Origin: Parcubacteria group bacterium LiPW_30
GTDB taxonomy: Bacteria > Patescibacteriota > Minisyncoccia > Phycocordibacterales > VMEP01
Assembly (NCBI GenBank): GCA_007375595.1
Contig: VMEP01000001.1
Span: 178,816 to 242,815, forward strand
DNA length: 64,000 nt
Direction: 5' to 3'
A program made the translations under genes and the position numbers. A model generated the notes under the pieces. It saw only the letters and a list, made by a program, of their open reading frames with translations. It was not told the DNA's origin and made no database searches. Positions 9,085 to 18,871 of this stretch are shown here, piece after piece (position 1 is the stretch's first letter; every line of letters begins with the position of its first letter).

Positions 9085-11619
9085 ATGCTTAATTTTATGA
9101 AAAGACTCCGTCATCTCTATAAAATAGCCCGTAAACACACAATGAGAAGTTCATTAATTGTGCTGTTTGTTATCGGCGGACTACTGTTTTTGTGGCTTTC
9201 TCAATTCCGCCTCCCAGACTTTAATTCCTTCGAAGAAAGGAAGGTCTCAAATTCAACCAAAATATATGACAGGACTGGCAAAGTTCTTCTTTACGACGTT
9301 CATCAAGGAGTTCGCAGAACGTCGGTTCCTTGGAGCGAAATTAGTGTATATGCCAAAAACGCAACCGTTGCAATTGAAGACTCCGAGTTCTACCAACACC
9401 ATGGAATTAAACCAACAGCTATTGTTAGGGCCGTTTTAGTAAATATTTTTTCTGGGAGCTATTCACAAGGGGGCTCTACGATAACCCAACAAGTTGTAAA
9501 GAACGCCATACTTACCCAAGACAAAAGCATTTCTCGTAAAATAAAAGAGTGGGTCTTATCTTTAAAATTAGAAAGGTCTATGAGCAAAGAAGGTATTCTC
9601 TCTATCTATCTAAATGAAACCCCTTACGGTGGAAATATTTACGGCATTGAAGAGGCAAGTAAATTATATTTCGGAGTAAGCGCAAAGGATTTAACACTGG
9701 CGCAAGCAACATATCTTGCCGCTCTCCCACAGGCTCCAACTTTTTATTCTCCATACGGAAACAATAGAGAAAAACTAGAGAATAGAAAAAATTATGTTTT
9801 GAAAAGAATGTTGGATTTAGGTTTTATAAACCAAGAAGAACATGACAAAGCAAAAAGTGAGGCTGTTGTTTTCCTTCCAAACACAAGCAACAACGCAAAA
9901 GCTATGCACTTTGTTTTTTTTGTTAGAGAGTATTTAGAACAAAAATACGGCCTTGATGCCCTAGAGTCTGGTGGTTTAAAAATAATCACAACGCTTGATT
10001 ATGATCTCCAAAATAAAGCTGAGGAAATTGTTAAAAAAACAGCCCTCTTAAACACGGAAAAATTTAATGCAACCAACGCAAGCTTAGTAGCAATTGACCC
10101 AAAGACAGGGCAAATTCTTGTGATGGTTGGGTCTCGTGATTATTTTGATAAACAAATAGACGGTAATTTTAATATTGCAATCGCCGAAAGACAGCCGGGT
10201 TCTTCTTTTAAACCATTCGTTTATGCAACAGCCTTTATGAAGGGGTACACACCAGATACAATGCTTTTTGATGTAAAAACGGAGTTCCAGACAACTTGTA
10301 CCGCAGAAGGCAACCCTCTTCCGGGAACAAAAGCTGAGGATTGTTATCAGCCAGAAAATTTTGATGGTAAATATTTTGGACCAATGACTATTCGAAATGC
10401 GCTAGCTCAATCAAGAAACGTACCAGCAGTCAAAGCTCTCTATCTTGCGGGAATTCAAGACTCAATTAACACGGCGAGAGTAATGGGAATAAAAAGTCTC
10501 GTTAACGACTCTAGTCGCTATGGACTTACTCTTGTTTTGGGAGGTGGTGAGGTTTCCCTACTTGATATGACAAGCGGTTATTCTGTTTTTGCAAACGGTG
10601 GTATTAGAAATCCATACCAAAGCATTCTTAAAATAGAAGATGCTCAAGGGAAAGTACTCGAGGAATTCAAAGAAAATGGAAGTACGGTAATACCAAAAGA
10701 TATCGCGCTTCAAATCTCAGACATTCTCTCTGATAATAAAGCTCGAGCTCCAGAGTTTGGAGAACACTCTGCGCTATACGTAGAAGGACACGGCGACGTG
10801 GCATCTAAAACAGGTACTACAAACGATTATCGTGACGCTTGGATACTTGGGTATACACCATCACTTGCCGTTGGAGCATGGGCTGGAAACAACGACAATA
10901 GCCCTATGCAAAAAAAGATTGCTGGTTTTATTATTGCACCGATGTGGCATGAATTTATGATGTACGCTCTTGCTTCATCAACCCCAGAACAATTTGAAAA
11001 ACCAAAACCAATTGATTCATCTCTGAAACCAACCCTGCGTGGTGTTTGGCAAGGTGGCGAAGTTTTTGTGATTGATAAAATTTCTGGAAAATTAGCTACC
11101 GAATACACACCAAACGAAACTAAAGAGGAACGAGTTGTAAAAAACCTTCATTCCATTCTTTATTGGGTTTCAAAAAATAACCCAAAAGGAGATGCTCCAG
11201 AAAACCCAGCGGATGATCCTCAGTTTAGATTATGGGAACCAGCTGTTTTAAAATGGGCCCTAAATAACCCAAATCTAGTCACTGGTTACGATAAATCATC
11301 AATTCCAAAAGACTATGACAATGTTCACACTAAAGAAAATATGCCGGTTGTTAAAATAACAGAACCAACAACCCTAAAAACCTATAAGGCCGGAGAAAAA
11401 ATAAAACCAGAAATACAAGTTTCTTCAAGATATAACATTACACGGGTAGATTATTTCTTAAATAACTCTTTCCTTGGCAGTTCTTCGGGTTTTTCAGGTT
11501 TTTCTTTTACCCCACAAGTATCTGATATGAATCCAGAAAATAACACCTTCCGAGTAACTGTTTATGATTCTGTTTACAACAAAACTTCCGCTTCTCAATC
11601 AATAATTATTGATTTTTAG
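9085..11619 (+). CDS. class A penicillin-binding protein (bifunctional glycosyltransferase GT51 + transpeptidase), PBP1A family
   Basis: N-terminal TM anchor. GT51 motifs EDSEFYQHHG and GGSTITQQ. Transpeptidase motifs SSFK (SxxK) and KTGTT. 844 aa with a C-terminal extension. Confidence 0.85.
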   Translation: MLNFMKRLRHLYKIARKHTMRSSLIVLFVIGGLLFLWLSQFRLPDFNSFEERKVSNSTKIYDRTGKVLLYDVHQGVRRTSVPWSEISVYAKNATVAIEDSEFYQHHGIKPTAIVRAVLVNIFSGSYSQGGSTITQQVVKNAILTQDKSISRKIKEWVLSLKLERSMSKEGILSIYLNETPYGGNIYGIEEASKLYFGVSAKDLTLAQATYLAALPQAPTFYSPYGNNREKLENRKNYVLKRMLDLGFINQEEHDKAKSEAVVFLPNTSNNAKAMHFVFFVREYLEQKYGLDALESGGLKIITTLDYDLQNKAEEIVKKTALLNTEKFNATNASLVAIDPKTGQILVMVGSRDYFDKQIDGNFNIAIAERQPGSSFKPFVYATAFMKGYTPDTMLFDVKTEFQTTCTAEGNPLPGTKAEDCYQPENFDGKYFGPMTIRNALAQSRNVPAVKALYLAGIQDSINTARVMGIKSLVNDSSRYGLTLVLGGGEVSLLDMTSGYSVFANGGIRNPYQSILKIEDAQGKVLEEFKENGSTVIPKDIALQISDILSDNKARAPEFGEHSALYVEGHGDVASKTGTTNDYRDAWILGYTPSLAVGAWAGNNDNSPMQKKIAGFIIAPMWHEFMMYALASSTPEQFEKPKPIDSSLKPTLRGVWQGGEVFVIDKISGKLATEYTPNETKEERVVKNLHSILYWVSKNNPKGDAPENPADDPQFRLWEPAVLKWALNNPNLVTGYDKSSIPKDYDNVHTKENMPVVKITEPTTLKTYKAGEKIKPEIQVSSRYNITRVDYFLNNSFLGSSSGFSGFSFTPQVSDMNPENNTFRVTVYDSVYNKTSASQSIIIDF

Positions 11620-11879
11620 TTTATTTCTTTAATTAAATCTGACGTTATTTCGTCTTTAATTAATTTTAATATTCCCTCTTTTTTAATGTAAATAATACTT
11701 TTCTCCTTTGAATTACAAGAGATGGTGACTGTTTTTTTATTTATTTTTATACTTTTTTTATCTAAAACAACACCTGTTTCTTTTTTTACCACTTCAATTA
11801 TTACATCGAGAATGGCCTCTTTTTCTAAAATTGTTTTTTTTATTTTATCAAAAAGTGACCCAAGGTTATTTAAATTCAT
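11616..11879 (-). CDS. small Lys/Ile-rich protein immediately downstream of dnaN; possibly a DUF721 (DciA-like) family member
   Basis: 87 aa ORF abutting the dnaN stop. Position matches the conserved dnaA-dnaN-(small DUF721) synteny. No motif confirmation. Confidence 0.4.
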   Translation of the reverse strand: MNLNNLGSLFDKIKKTILEKEAILDVIIEVVKKETGVVLDKKSIKINKKTVTISCNSKEKSIIYIKKEGILKLIKDEITSDLIKEIN

Positions 11880-11880
11880 T

Positions 11881-12981
11881 TTATCTATTCATTGGCATCA
11901 CAAGGTAAAGAAAGGAACTATCTGAAACATTCTTAATAATTAAAGGTTTTGAGTTTCCATTAAACTGTAATACTAAACTGTCCTGTGTGATGGATTGAAA
12001 ACAATCAAAAATATATCTATAGTTAAAATTAACTTCCACTTCTTCCCCTGAAATAGCCGCTTCAATATTCGTATCTGTTTCACCAACATCTTGATTTTTT
12101 GTTTTTATTTTTAATTGTTTTGTTTTTGGCGATACTAAAAAAGAAACTTGGTTAAATTTATCAAGAAAAGTGTTACTTAATTTAAAAGCGTTAACGATAT
12201 CTTGTTTTAAAACAACAGCCTCTGTTTTTTGTTCCTTGGGAATTATTTGTTGGTAGTCAGGAAAAACACCGTCTATTAATCTAGATGTTATATAAACACC
12301 ATCAAAAGAAATTGATATTTGGTTTTTTGTTGTTTTAATTAAAAGTAAACCATCTGTATTTTCTGTTATTTTTACTATTTCTGTAATGTTTTTAAACGGA
12401 ATAATAACGCCATTAAAATCACTAATGGTTTTTGTTTTTATTCTCTTTTCAGCTAAACGGAATGAATCTGTTGAAACAAAAATTAATTCATTATTGTTTT
12501 GATAAATATAAACACTCGCTATTTCCGGTTTTATTTCTGTTGTGGCAGAACTATAAAAAACATATTTTACACCTTGGTTGAAAATTTTTGATTCTATTTC
12601 AAAAGACACCCCAGTTGTAATTGTTGGTATTGTTGGAAAATCATTATATGGATAACATTTTATTACTGTTTTATTATTTTTTGTTGTAACTACTATATTT
12701 TCATTTACTTCCTCTAGTAAAACATTCTTTTCATTCTGTATTCCTGATAAAAAATTATTTAAAACACTTCCTTTAATAGCTAATATTCCTTCTTTTTCTA
12801 TTTTTGCTGGGATTTCGATTTCTACACCTAAATCGAGATTTGTTGCTCTTATTTTTAAAGTCTTTCCATTTGCTATCAAAAGGACACAACTTAAAACATT
12901 TAAAGTTAAATTTTTACCAGTAATTTTCTCTGCAATAGAAATTGCATTTTTAATTTTTTCAACTAAGCATTCTACTTTCAT
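11881..12981 (-). CDS. dnaN: DNA polymerase III beta sliding clamp
   Basis: 366 aa with three-domain clamp architecture. Immediately downstream of dnaA. Confidence 0.85.
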   Translation of the reverse strand: MKVECLVEKIKNAISIAEKITGKNLTLNVLSCVLLIANGKTLKIRATNLDLGVEIEIPAKIEKEGILAIKGSVLNNFLSGIQNEKNVLLEEVNENIVVTTKNNKTVIKCYPYNDFPTIPTITTGVSFEIESKIFNQGVKYVFYSSATTEIKPEIASVYIYQNNNELIFVSTDSFRLAEKRIKTKTISDFNGVIIPFKNITEIVKITENTDGLLLIKTTKNQISISFDGVYITSRLIDGVFPDYQQIIPKEQKTEAVVLKQDIVNAFKLSNTFLDKFNQVSFLVSPKTKQLKIKTKNQDVGETDTNIEAAISGEEVEVNFNYRYIFDCFQSITQDSLVLQFNGNSKPLIIKNVSDSSFLYLVMPMNR

Positions 12982-13218
12982 AGTATTAGTATTTATTTAA
13001 AAGAATATGATTATTATAATGAGCCTGTTGATATGTGGAAAAGTTTAAAAAACCTATATTAAATAATGATGTAATATTTTTTTTAAACATACTTAATAAG
13101 TTAATAAGTGAATAATTATAAATAATAACTTCTTGGGTTTTTAATGAAATATTATTTTTTGTGTTTTTTATTAACTTCATATTATTTACTTATCAACAGT
13201 TTTTCCTTAAGTTAAAAA
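12982..13218. promoter_or_regulatory. AT-rich dnaA-dnaN intergenic region with DnaA-box-like 9-mers (candidate oriC segment)
   Basis: Very AT-rich 237 bp. TTATCAACA (8/9 to TTATCCACA) near 13187-13195 and atgtggaaa near 13035. Conserved position of oriC between dnaA and dnaN. Confidence 0.35.
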
Positions 13219-14568
13219 TTAAAATAATGCTTTGATTTGTTCTAATTCTTGTAGTAAAGAATTGTCTGTTTTTATTTCTTTTTTTATTTTTTCACAAGAA
13301 TGGATAACAGTTGTGTGATCACGGCCACCCATTTTTTGTCCAATAGAAGGATAAGAAATATCAAACTCTTCTCTTAAGATGTACATAGCTACTTGTCTTG
13401 GTTTAACAACATCTTTTCTCCTGGTTTTTTCATAAACACTAGCCTCTTCAATGTTATAAAAATCAGCAATTATCTTAACAACATCTTTTACAGCCATATT
13501 TTTCTTAGGTTTTATGTTGTTTTTTAAGAGATTTTTTATTTCATACAAGGAAAGATCTTTGTTTTTTAGTTTTGTGTGGCAAATAACAAGGTTTAAAGCC
13601 CCTTCAAGCTCTCTAATGTTTCCTTGAATAAGCGAAGCAATATACTGCATTACTTCTTCTGGTGGGTAAAAATTATTTTCTTTCGCTTTTGCCGACAAAA
13701 TTGAGAGCCTAGATTCATACTCTGGTTGGCCGACATCAACTGTCATGCCAGCTCCAAAACGCGACTTCAAGCGTTCTTCTAGGTTTGGGATAAAGTTTGG
13801 GTGCACATCTGAGGAAAAAATAATTTGTTTGTTGTTGTCGTAAAAGGCGTTAAAAAGGTGGAATAATTCCTCTTGGGTTTTATCTTTGTTTGATAAAAAC
13901 TGAACATCATCAACAATAAGAACATCATATTTTCTATATCTTTCTTTAAAGGCAGGTATTTTATTTGCCTGCATTGAAGTAACAAAATCAACTGAAAATT
14001 TTTCAGATGTTGTGTAAAAAACCTTACGATTGTTATGTTTTGTTTTTAAAGTGTTCCCTACTGATTGAATAAGGTGTGTTTTTCCTAAACCAGTGCGACC
14101 ATAAATAAAAAGAGGGTTATAGGCCATTCCTGGTTTTTCAAGTACTGCTTGTGCAGCGCTGTAAGCAAGTTCATTAAAAGAACCAATAACAAAAGAATCA
14201 AAAGTGTAACGAGGGTTTAAGTTATCTTCTTTGTTTATGTATAAATCTGCCAAAGGAAGCTCGCGAAGAAGTGGAGATTTTGAAAGATCGGCAATTACAG
14301 TTTTTGGTTTTTCGCCAATATTTTTTACAACAACGTACTCGACCCCTCTAACGAATTCAGAGGTATCACGCATCTTTTGTAAAATAAATTTGTGATACTT
14401 GTTAAATATCCAATCTTTAACAAACTCGTTAGGAACCCCAACAAAGACAATACCCCCCTCTTCTTTTACAATGTCTGTGTTTTTAAACCATGTACTAAAA
14501 TTTGCTTTTGAAACATGAAGCTCTACTTCAAGAAGTGTATTTGTCCAAAGGTTTTTTAAGTCGAGCAT
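13219..14568 (-). CDS. dnaA: chromosomal replication initiator DnaA
   Basis: 449 aa. AAA+ Walker A GRTGLGKTHL, Walker B VDDVQFL, and C-terminal DNA-binding signature MGGRDHTTVIHSCEKI. Confidence 0.9.
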   Translation of the reverse strand: MLDLKNLWTNTLLEVELHVSKANFSTWFKNTDIVKEEGGIVFVGVPNEFVKDWIFNKYHKFILQKMRDTSEFVRGVEYVVVKNIGEKPKTVIADLSKSPLLRELPLADLYINKEDNLNPRYTFDSFVIGSFNELAYSAAQAVLEKPGMAYNPLFIYGRTGLGKTHLIQSVGNTLKTKHNNRKVFYTTSEKFSVDFVTSMQANKIPAFKERYRKYDVLIVDDVQFLSNKDKTQEELFHLFNAFYDNNKQIIFSSDVHPNFIPNLEERLKSRFGAGMTVDVGQPEYESRLSILSAKAKENNFYPPEEVMQYIASLIQGNIRELEGALNLVICHTKLKNKDLSLYEIKNLLKNNIKPKKNMAVKDVVKIIADFYNIEEASVYEKTRRKDVVKPRQVAMYILREEFDISYPSIGQKMGGRDHTTVIHSCEKIKKEIKTDNSLLQELEQIKALF

Positions 14569-14722
14569 AAAAGAGATGTTTGTTTGGAGTATTATAATGG
14601 GTAAAACTAAAAATGGAACGTGACAAAAAAATGCTTTTATGTTAATAAGGTGTGAACAAGTTGGTGATTCTAAAACTAGAACACATTTGTTTTGTCTTTA
14701 GTGTTAATCTATAATCAATCTT
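14569..14722. promoter_or_regulatory. dnaA upstream region / divergent rpmH promoter region with DnaA-box-like tgtgaacaa
   Basis: Intergenic region between divergent dnaA and rpmH, a common oriC/regulatory location. One 7/9 DnaA-box-like sequence. Confidence 0.25.
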
Positions 14723-14860
14723 ATGTCACAAACATATCAACCTAAAAAGAGAAAAAGAGCTAAAGCTCACGGTTTTTTAGCTAGAACAGCAACAAAAGGT
14801 GGAAAGAAGGTAATAAAACGAAGGGCTCAAAAAGGAAGAAAGAAACTTACTACCGTCTAA
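14723..14860 (+). CDS. rpmH: 50S ribosomal protein L34
   Basis: [45 protein letters not shown]. Absent from ORF track because it is below 60 aa. Precedes rnpA as usual. Confidence 0.85.
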   Translation: MSQTYQPKKRKRAKAHGFLARTATKGGKKVIKRRAQKGRKKLTTV

Positions 14861-14870
14861 AAACAAAAAA

Positions 14871-15218
14871 ATGCTCGCCAAAAAAAGGAGAGTAAAAACG
14901 AAAGAGTTTAATTTGGCTTTTTCTAGTGCTGGAGCAAAAAACTATACATCCCCCTTTTTTTCACTAAAGGTTGTTTCTAGTGGAGAAATAAACGACGAAA
15001 CAACGTTTTCCTCTGTGGTTTCAAAAAAGATTGCAAATACTGCTGTTTTAAGGAATAAAACAAGGCGCAGGATGTATGAAATAGTAAAAAAAATATTACC
15101 AGAAGTTAAAAATGGTTATATTTGTTTGATTTTTGTAAAGAAAGAAGCAATAAAAGCTGATTTTTCAGTACTTAAGGAAAATTTCAGCCAGTTAGTAAAA
15201 AAAGCCGGGATTGTATGA
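14871..15218 (+). CDS. rnpA: RNase P protein component
   Basis: 115 aa basic protein in the rpmH-rnpA-yidD-yidC synteny. Confidence 0.8.
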   Translation: MLAKKRRVKTKEFNLAFSSAGAKNYTSPFFSLKVVSSGEINDETTFSSVVSKKIANTAVLRNKTRRRMYEIVKKILPEVKNGYICLIFVKKEAIKADFSVLKENFSQLVKKAGIV

Positions 15219-15463
15219 AAAAAGCCTTTGTTTACATAATTCGTCTATATCAAAGGTATCTATCTCCCGACCAGGGGGTATTTTCTTTTTTTGTAAGACA
15301 ACCAACTTGTGTTTTTTACCCTACTTGCTCGGAGTACTGTATTTCTGCGGTAGAAAAATATGGAGTTTTATGTGGTTTTTGGCTTTTTTTGAAAAGAATA
15401 GTGCGCTGTCGCCCTGGATCCGAATTCAAAATAGACCCAGTTCCAGAGGATGTTGCTAAATAA
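15215..15463 (+). CDS. yidD: membrane protein insertion efficiency factor YidD
   Basis: Conserved YPTCSEY and GFWLxLKRIxRCxP motifs. Confidence 0.85.
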   Translation: MKKAFVYIIRLYQRYLSPDQGVFSFFVRQPTCVFYPTCSEYCISAVEKYGVLCGFWLFLKRIVRCRPGSEFKIDPVPEDVAK

Positions 15464-15488
15464 GACACATTGGTCGTAGAATAGGAGT

Positions 15489-16229
15489 ATGTCTTACTTG
15501 TGGGAAACTTTAATTCATCAGCCGTTATATAACGGCCTTGTTTTTTTAATCAATATTATTCCTGGTGGAAATGTTGCAGTTGCGATTATTATCCTCACAC
15601 TGGTTGTTAAACTTGCTATTTTTCCTTTAACAAAAAAATCTATTAGGACTCAAGTTTTAATGCGCAAGCTTGAACCAGAACTTGTTTTAATAAAAAATAA
15701 AGTAAAAAATAAAGAAGACCAAGCTCGCCAGACAATGGAGCTTTATAAAAAGCATAATGTTAATCCTTTTTCTAGTTGTTTGATTGCCATCATCCAGGTT
15801 TTTATAGCAATCGGTCTTTACAATGTTTTATCGGCCGGAATTGTTTTAGAACAAGATTCCCTATATTCTTTTGTTGTTTTTCCAGAAATAATAAATTCTT
15901 TATTTTTAGGAATAATTGATACCCACACACCGAGCTATCTTCTCGCCTTCTTTGCAGCTATCTCACAGTACTTCTTGGCTGCGCTTTTACCTGCTCCACA
16001 AAAAAAAGAAGGGAAAGAAGCTCCTACTTTTCAAGAAGATTTGGCTAGGAATATGCACATGCAAATGAAGTATGTTTTACCTTTTGTTATTCTCGTTATA
16101 GCGGTTACTTTTCCAGCGGCAATTTCTCTTTATTGGGTTGTGAGTAACCTCTTTTCTATCGGACAAGAAATTGTTATAAGGAAAGGATTAGAGAAGTACG
16201 ATATGAAGAACCCACAGGTTGTTTCTTAA
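15489..16229 (+). CDS. yidC: membrane protein insertase YidC (short Oxa1-like form)
   Basis: 246 aa polytopic protein. Synteny after yidD. Confidence 0.8.
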   Translation: MSYLWETLIHQPLYNGLVFLINIIPGGNVAVAIIILTLVVKLAIFPLTKKSIRTQVLMRKLEPELVLIKNKVKNKEDQARQTMELYKKHNVNPFSSCLIAIIQVFIAIGLYNVLSAGIVLEQDSLYSFVVFPEIINSLFLGIIDTHTPSYLLAFFAAISQYFLAALLPAPQKKEGKEAPTFQEDLARNMHMQMKYVLPFVILVIAVTFPAAISLYWVVSNLFSIGQEIVIRKGLEKYDMKNPQVVS

Positions 16230-16238
16230 AATACAAAA

Positions 16239-16727
16239 ATGAAACCAGAGGATGTAAAAAAAATAATAGAGGAAGTTCTCAATAAACTTACAACTTCTTT
16301 TGAGGAGATAGAAATAAATAAAATGGAAGATGGATCTTATGTTTTTTCAATTAAAACAAAAGAAACAGATTTTATTGTTGGAAAGGATGGAACTTCCCTT
16401 TTGTCGCTAAACCATCTTGTCAAAAGAATTTTTGATCAGAAATTAAATAAAACACAAACTGAAGCACCTTTCTCTTTTGTTGTTGATGTTAATGGTTATC
16501 AACAAAAAAAGATTGATGAAATAAAAAATAAAGCAAAAATGATGGTTGAAAGAGCTCGTTTTTTTAAATCAAACGTTGAGCTTGAGCCGATGTCTTCATA
16601 CGAAAGAATGATTGTTCATAATTTTTTAAAAACAATTCCAGACATAGATACTGAGTCTATTGGGACAGGAGGAGAAAGAAGGGTTGTTGTTAAGTATAAA
16701 GAGGCACCCGGTATAGCATCTCTGTAA
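16239..16727 (+). CDS. jag: Jag/KhpB-like RNA-binding protein (KH + R3H domains)
   Basis: C-terminal R3H signature ERMIVHNFLK. Located after yidC. Confidence 0.7.
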   Translation: MKPEDVKKIIEEVLNKLTTSFEEIEINKMEDGSYVFSIKTKETDFIVGKDGTSLLSLNHLVKRIFDQKLNKTQTEAPFSFVVDVNGYQQKKIDEIKNKAKMMVERARFFKSNVELEPMSSYERMIVHNFLKTIPDIDTESIGTGGERRVVVKYKEAPGIASL

Positions 16728-16744
16728 GCCATTTTTAGCTCTAT

Positions 16745-18010
16745 CTAGAGGGATAAAAGCCAGAGTGAGTTGTCTGTCTTATTCAAAAAAACCAAAGTAT
16801 CACCGTTTTGGTTTATTTGCATAAGTGTCGCATCTATTTGTTCCCTTGAGATTTCGCGTAGGTTTATAAGTTGGTCAGTGGCGCCCGATTCCGTGTCTAT
16901 TTTCCAAATAGTATCAGAGAAATTAATTAATCCTTGATACCAAGAATCAGGATAACCGTCGGCAGTTCTGGGGGTAGATTCTGGAACAGCGCAATAAACA
17001 TCAATATTGTTTGAGTACCAGACACATTTTTCAGAAAGTGTTGCTAACCCAAAGGAGTATGAAGCTTTTGTTTTTTTAATAAGAATAGACAAGGGTGATC
17101 CATATTCGGTATTCTCTGAGAAAAGAACTCTACTTCCATCCGGTGAGGTTAATGTTGTGAGTCCGTATTTTCCCCCAAGAATTTTTGTTAGAGATGAATT
17201 TTTTGTGGTTATTGAGTAATCAAAACCAAAAACAAAAGAAGAAGGTTTAGTGTTAAGTGAAATTAAGTCGGTTGTTACCCATTGAGGGAGCCATTCAGTG
17301 AAAGATGACTGGAATATTTGTGATTTTTTCGTACCATCAAATAATGAAATAGTTCCAACAGATAGTCCTCCGTAATTAGATAAAGTGAAAATTTTTAACT
17401 TATCAGGAGAAACTGCTATTTGTTCTATATCTTCATCTAAGAAAGATCCAACAAGAATCCCCTCATCTGTACTGGTTGCTTTAGGTGAAATTTTTCCAGA
17501 AAATGTTTGAATGGAATCGCTATCTTCTTTTTGGTATCTAAGCAAAACCTGTTCTCCTTTGTCCGAAAAAATAGCTTCATGTATTTGTGGAATGGTTGTA
17601 TTGCTTACCCTTTTTTTCTCAAGACTAGCTGTGTTTACTTCTTGAATGTGACCATTCCCTTTTTCTACATAACGGACAATAGTTGAACTCCCTTTTTCAA
17701 AAACAATAAACCCGGCTACAGGAGTGTCGGATATCTTTGAGAGCTTGACCTTCCTTTGTTCGTTTTGGTTTTGGTTATTTGTTGTTTGTGATGAGTCACC
17801 CGTGCCTGTTGTGTCTCCCCCTCCGCTTGTTGGCTGTTTTTCAAAAATACCAAAAGGGAAAAATCCGTCGTTGGTGCTGGTTTCTCCATTATTTGATTTT
17901 TGGGTTAGAAAAAACCAACCTGCTCCTGCAAAGGCGACCAAAATCAAGGAAAGAATTATTGCGAGTGTTGTTTTTGTGGGCATTTTATTTAAGGTGTTCT
18001 TACGTGCCAA
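16745..18010 (-). CDS. membrane-anchored (N-terminal TM) extracellular protein; last gene of T4SS-like operon
   Basis: 421 aa. N-terminal hydrophobic anchor then Gly/Thr-rich linker. Overlaps the upstream gene by about 20 nt (operonic). Confidence 0.5.
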   Translation of the reverse strand: MARKNTLNKMPTKTTLAIILSLILVAFAGAGWFFLTQKSNNGETSTNDGFFPFGIFEKQPTSGGGDTTGTGDSSQTTNNQNQNEQRKVKLSKISDTPVAGFIVFEKGSSTIVRYVEKGNGHIQEVNTASLEKKRVSNTTIPQIHEAIFSDKGEQVLLRYQKEDSDSIQTFSGKISPKATSTDEGILVGSFLDEDIEQIAVSPDKLKIFTLSNYGGLSVGTISLFDGTKKSQIFQSSFTEWLPQWVTTDLISLNTKPSSFVFGFDYSITTKNSSLTKILGGKYGLTTLTSPDGSRVLFSENTEYGSPLSILIKKTKASYSFGLATLSEKCVWYSNNIDVYCAVPESTPRTADGYPDSWYQGLINFSDTIWKIDTESGATDQLINLREISREQIDATLMQINQNGDTLVFLNKTDNSLWLLSL

Positions 18011-18870
18011 TGAGCATCATTTTCGTTGTAGAAAGAGCCACCAAATAGAATACATGTTTCCCCTATTTTTGAACAAGTATTTGAGTTTGCTCTGGTACTA
18101 GTCTCCACCCCTTTTTTTATTATATATTCTGATATTTTTACTCCAGAACTATTTTTCCCAATATCAACAACAGGACGACCTTGTCCATGTGTTTTGTGTT
18201 TCCACCACTCGGTTCCGCCACTTATGACGATTTTGCAATCACCACCACAGGCCTTTTTTAAAGTAGAGAGAAAAGAGATTGTTGATGTTGGAAGTAATCC
18301 CACATTTGTACAATTATTTTGACCATATGATTGGCATGGAGGATTATTAATCTCAATATTAGCGGCCTTAAGTAGGGCTCTAACCCTATCCTCGTCTTTT
18401 AAAATAGCCTCTAGTTGTTCTTTGTTTTCAGCTTTAACAAAAGGAGTAGAAACAGCTCCTGTGGTGACTCCGCTTGTCGGTGCGCCAGCAGGAGGTTTAA
18501 TAATATCCAGTTTGAGACTGACGATGTCTGGATTTATTGTGTATAGAAAAACGTAAATACCGAGCGCAAGAATTAGGCCTAGTATCGCTCCTTCAATTTT
18601 TGATTTAGCGTCTCCTATTTTAAACGGAGACTCGCTTGCCATATATTGAATTCCACCAATAACAATCTGGATAACCGCAAGCCCAGCAGCCACCCCAATA
18701 CCAATTTTAAAAACAAGATTAAGATAGTCAGAAAAAGGCTTACCGCCGGTCGTATTGTATGTACCGTTATAAACGCTCGGTTCAAGTAAGGTATATTCTG
18801 TTTGAGCAAAAACAAAAGGAGGTAAAGTAAAAAAAGTTAGCAGTAGTGTGGTTAAAAAGAAATTTTTCAT
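17989..18870 (-). CDS. VirB2/TrbC-like pilin domain (signal peptide + two TM helices) fused to a Cys-containing C-terminal domain
   Basis: Signal peptide then two hydrophobic helices separated by a short charged loop, the topology of T4SS pilins. Extra ~170 aa C-terminal domain of unknown family. Confidence 0.4.
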   Translation of the reverse strand: MKNFFLTTLLLTFFTLPPFVFAQTEYTLLEPSVYNGTYNTTGGKPFSDYLNLVFKIGIGVAAGLAVIQIVIGGIQYMASESPFKIGDAKSKIEGAILGLILALGIYVFLYTINPDIVSLKLDIIKPPAGAPTSGVTTGAVSTPFVKAENKEQLEAILKDEDRVRALLKAANIEINNPPCQSYGQNNCTNVGLLPTSTISFLSTLKKACGGDCKIVISGGTEWWKHKTHGQGRPVVDIGKNSSGVKISEYIIKKGVETSTRANSNTCSKIGETCILFGGSFYNENDAHWHVRTP

Positions 18871-18871
18871 T

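Noticed and set aside
12986-13180. 64-aa ORF in dnaA-dnaN spacer
   Set aside because: Extremely AT-rich, low-complexity. Lies in the probable oriC region.
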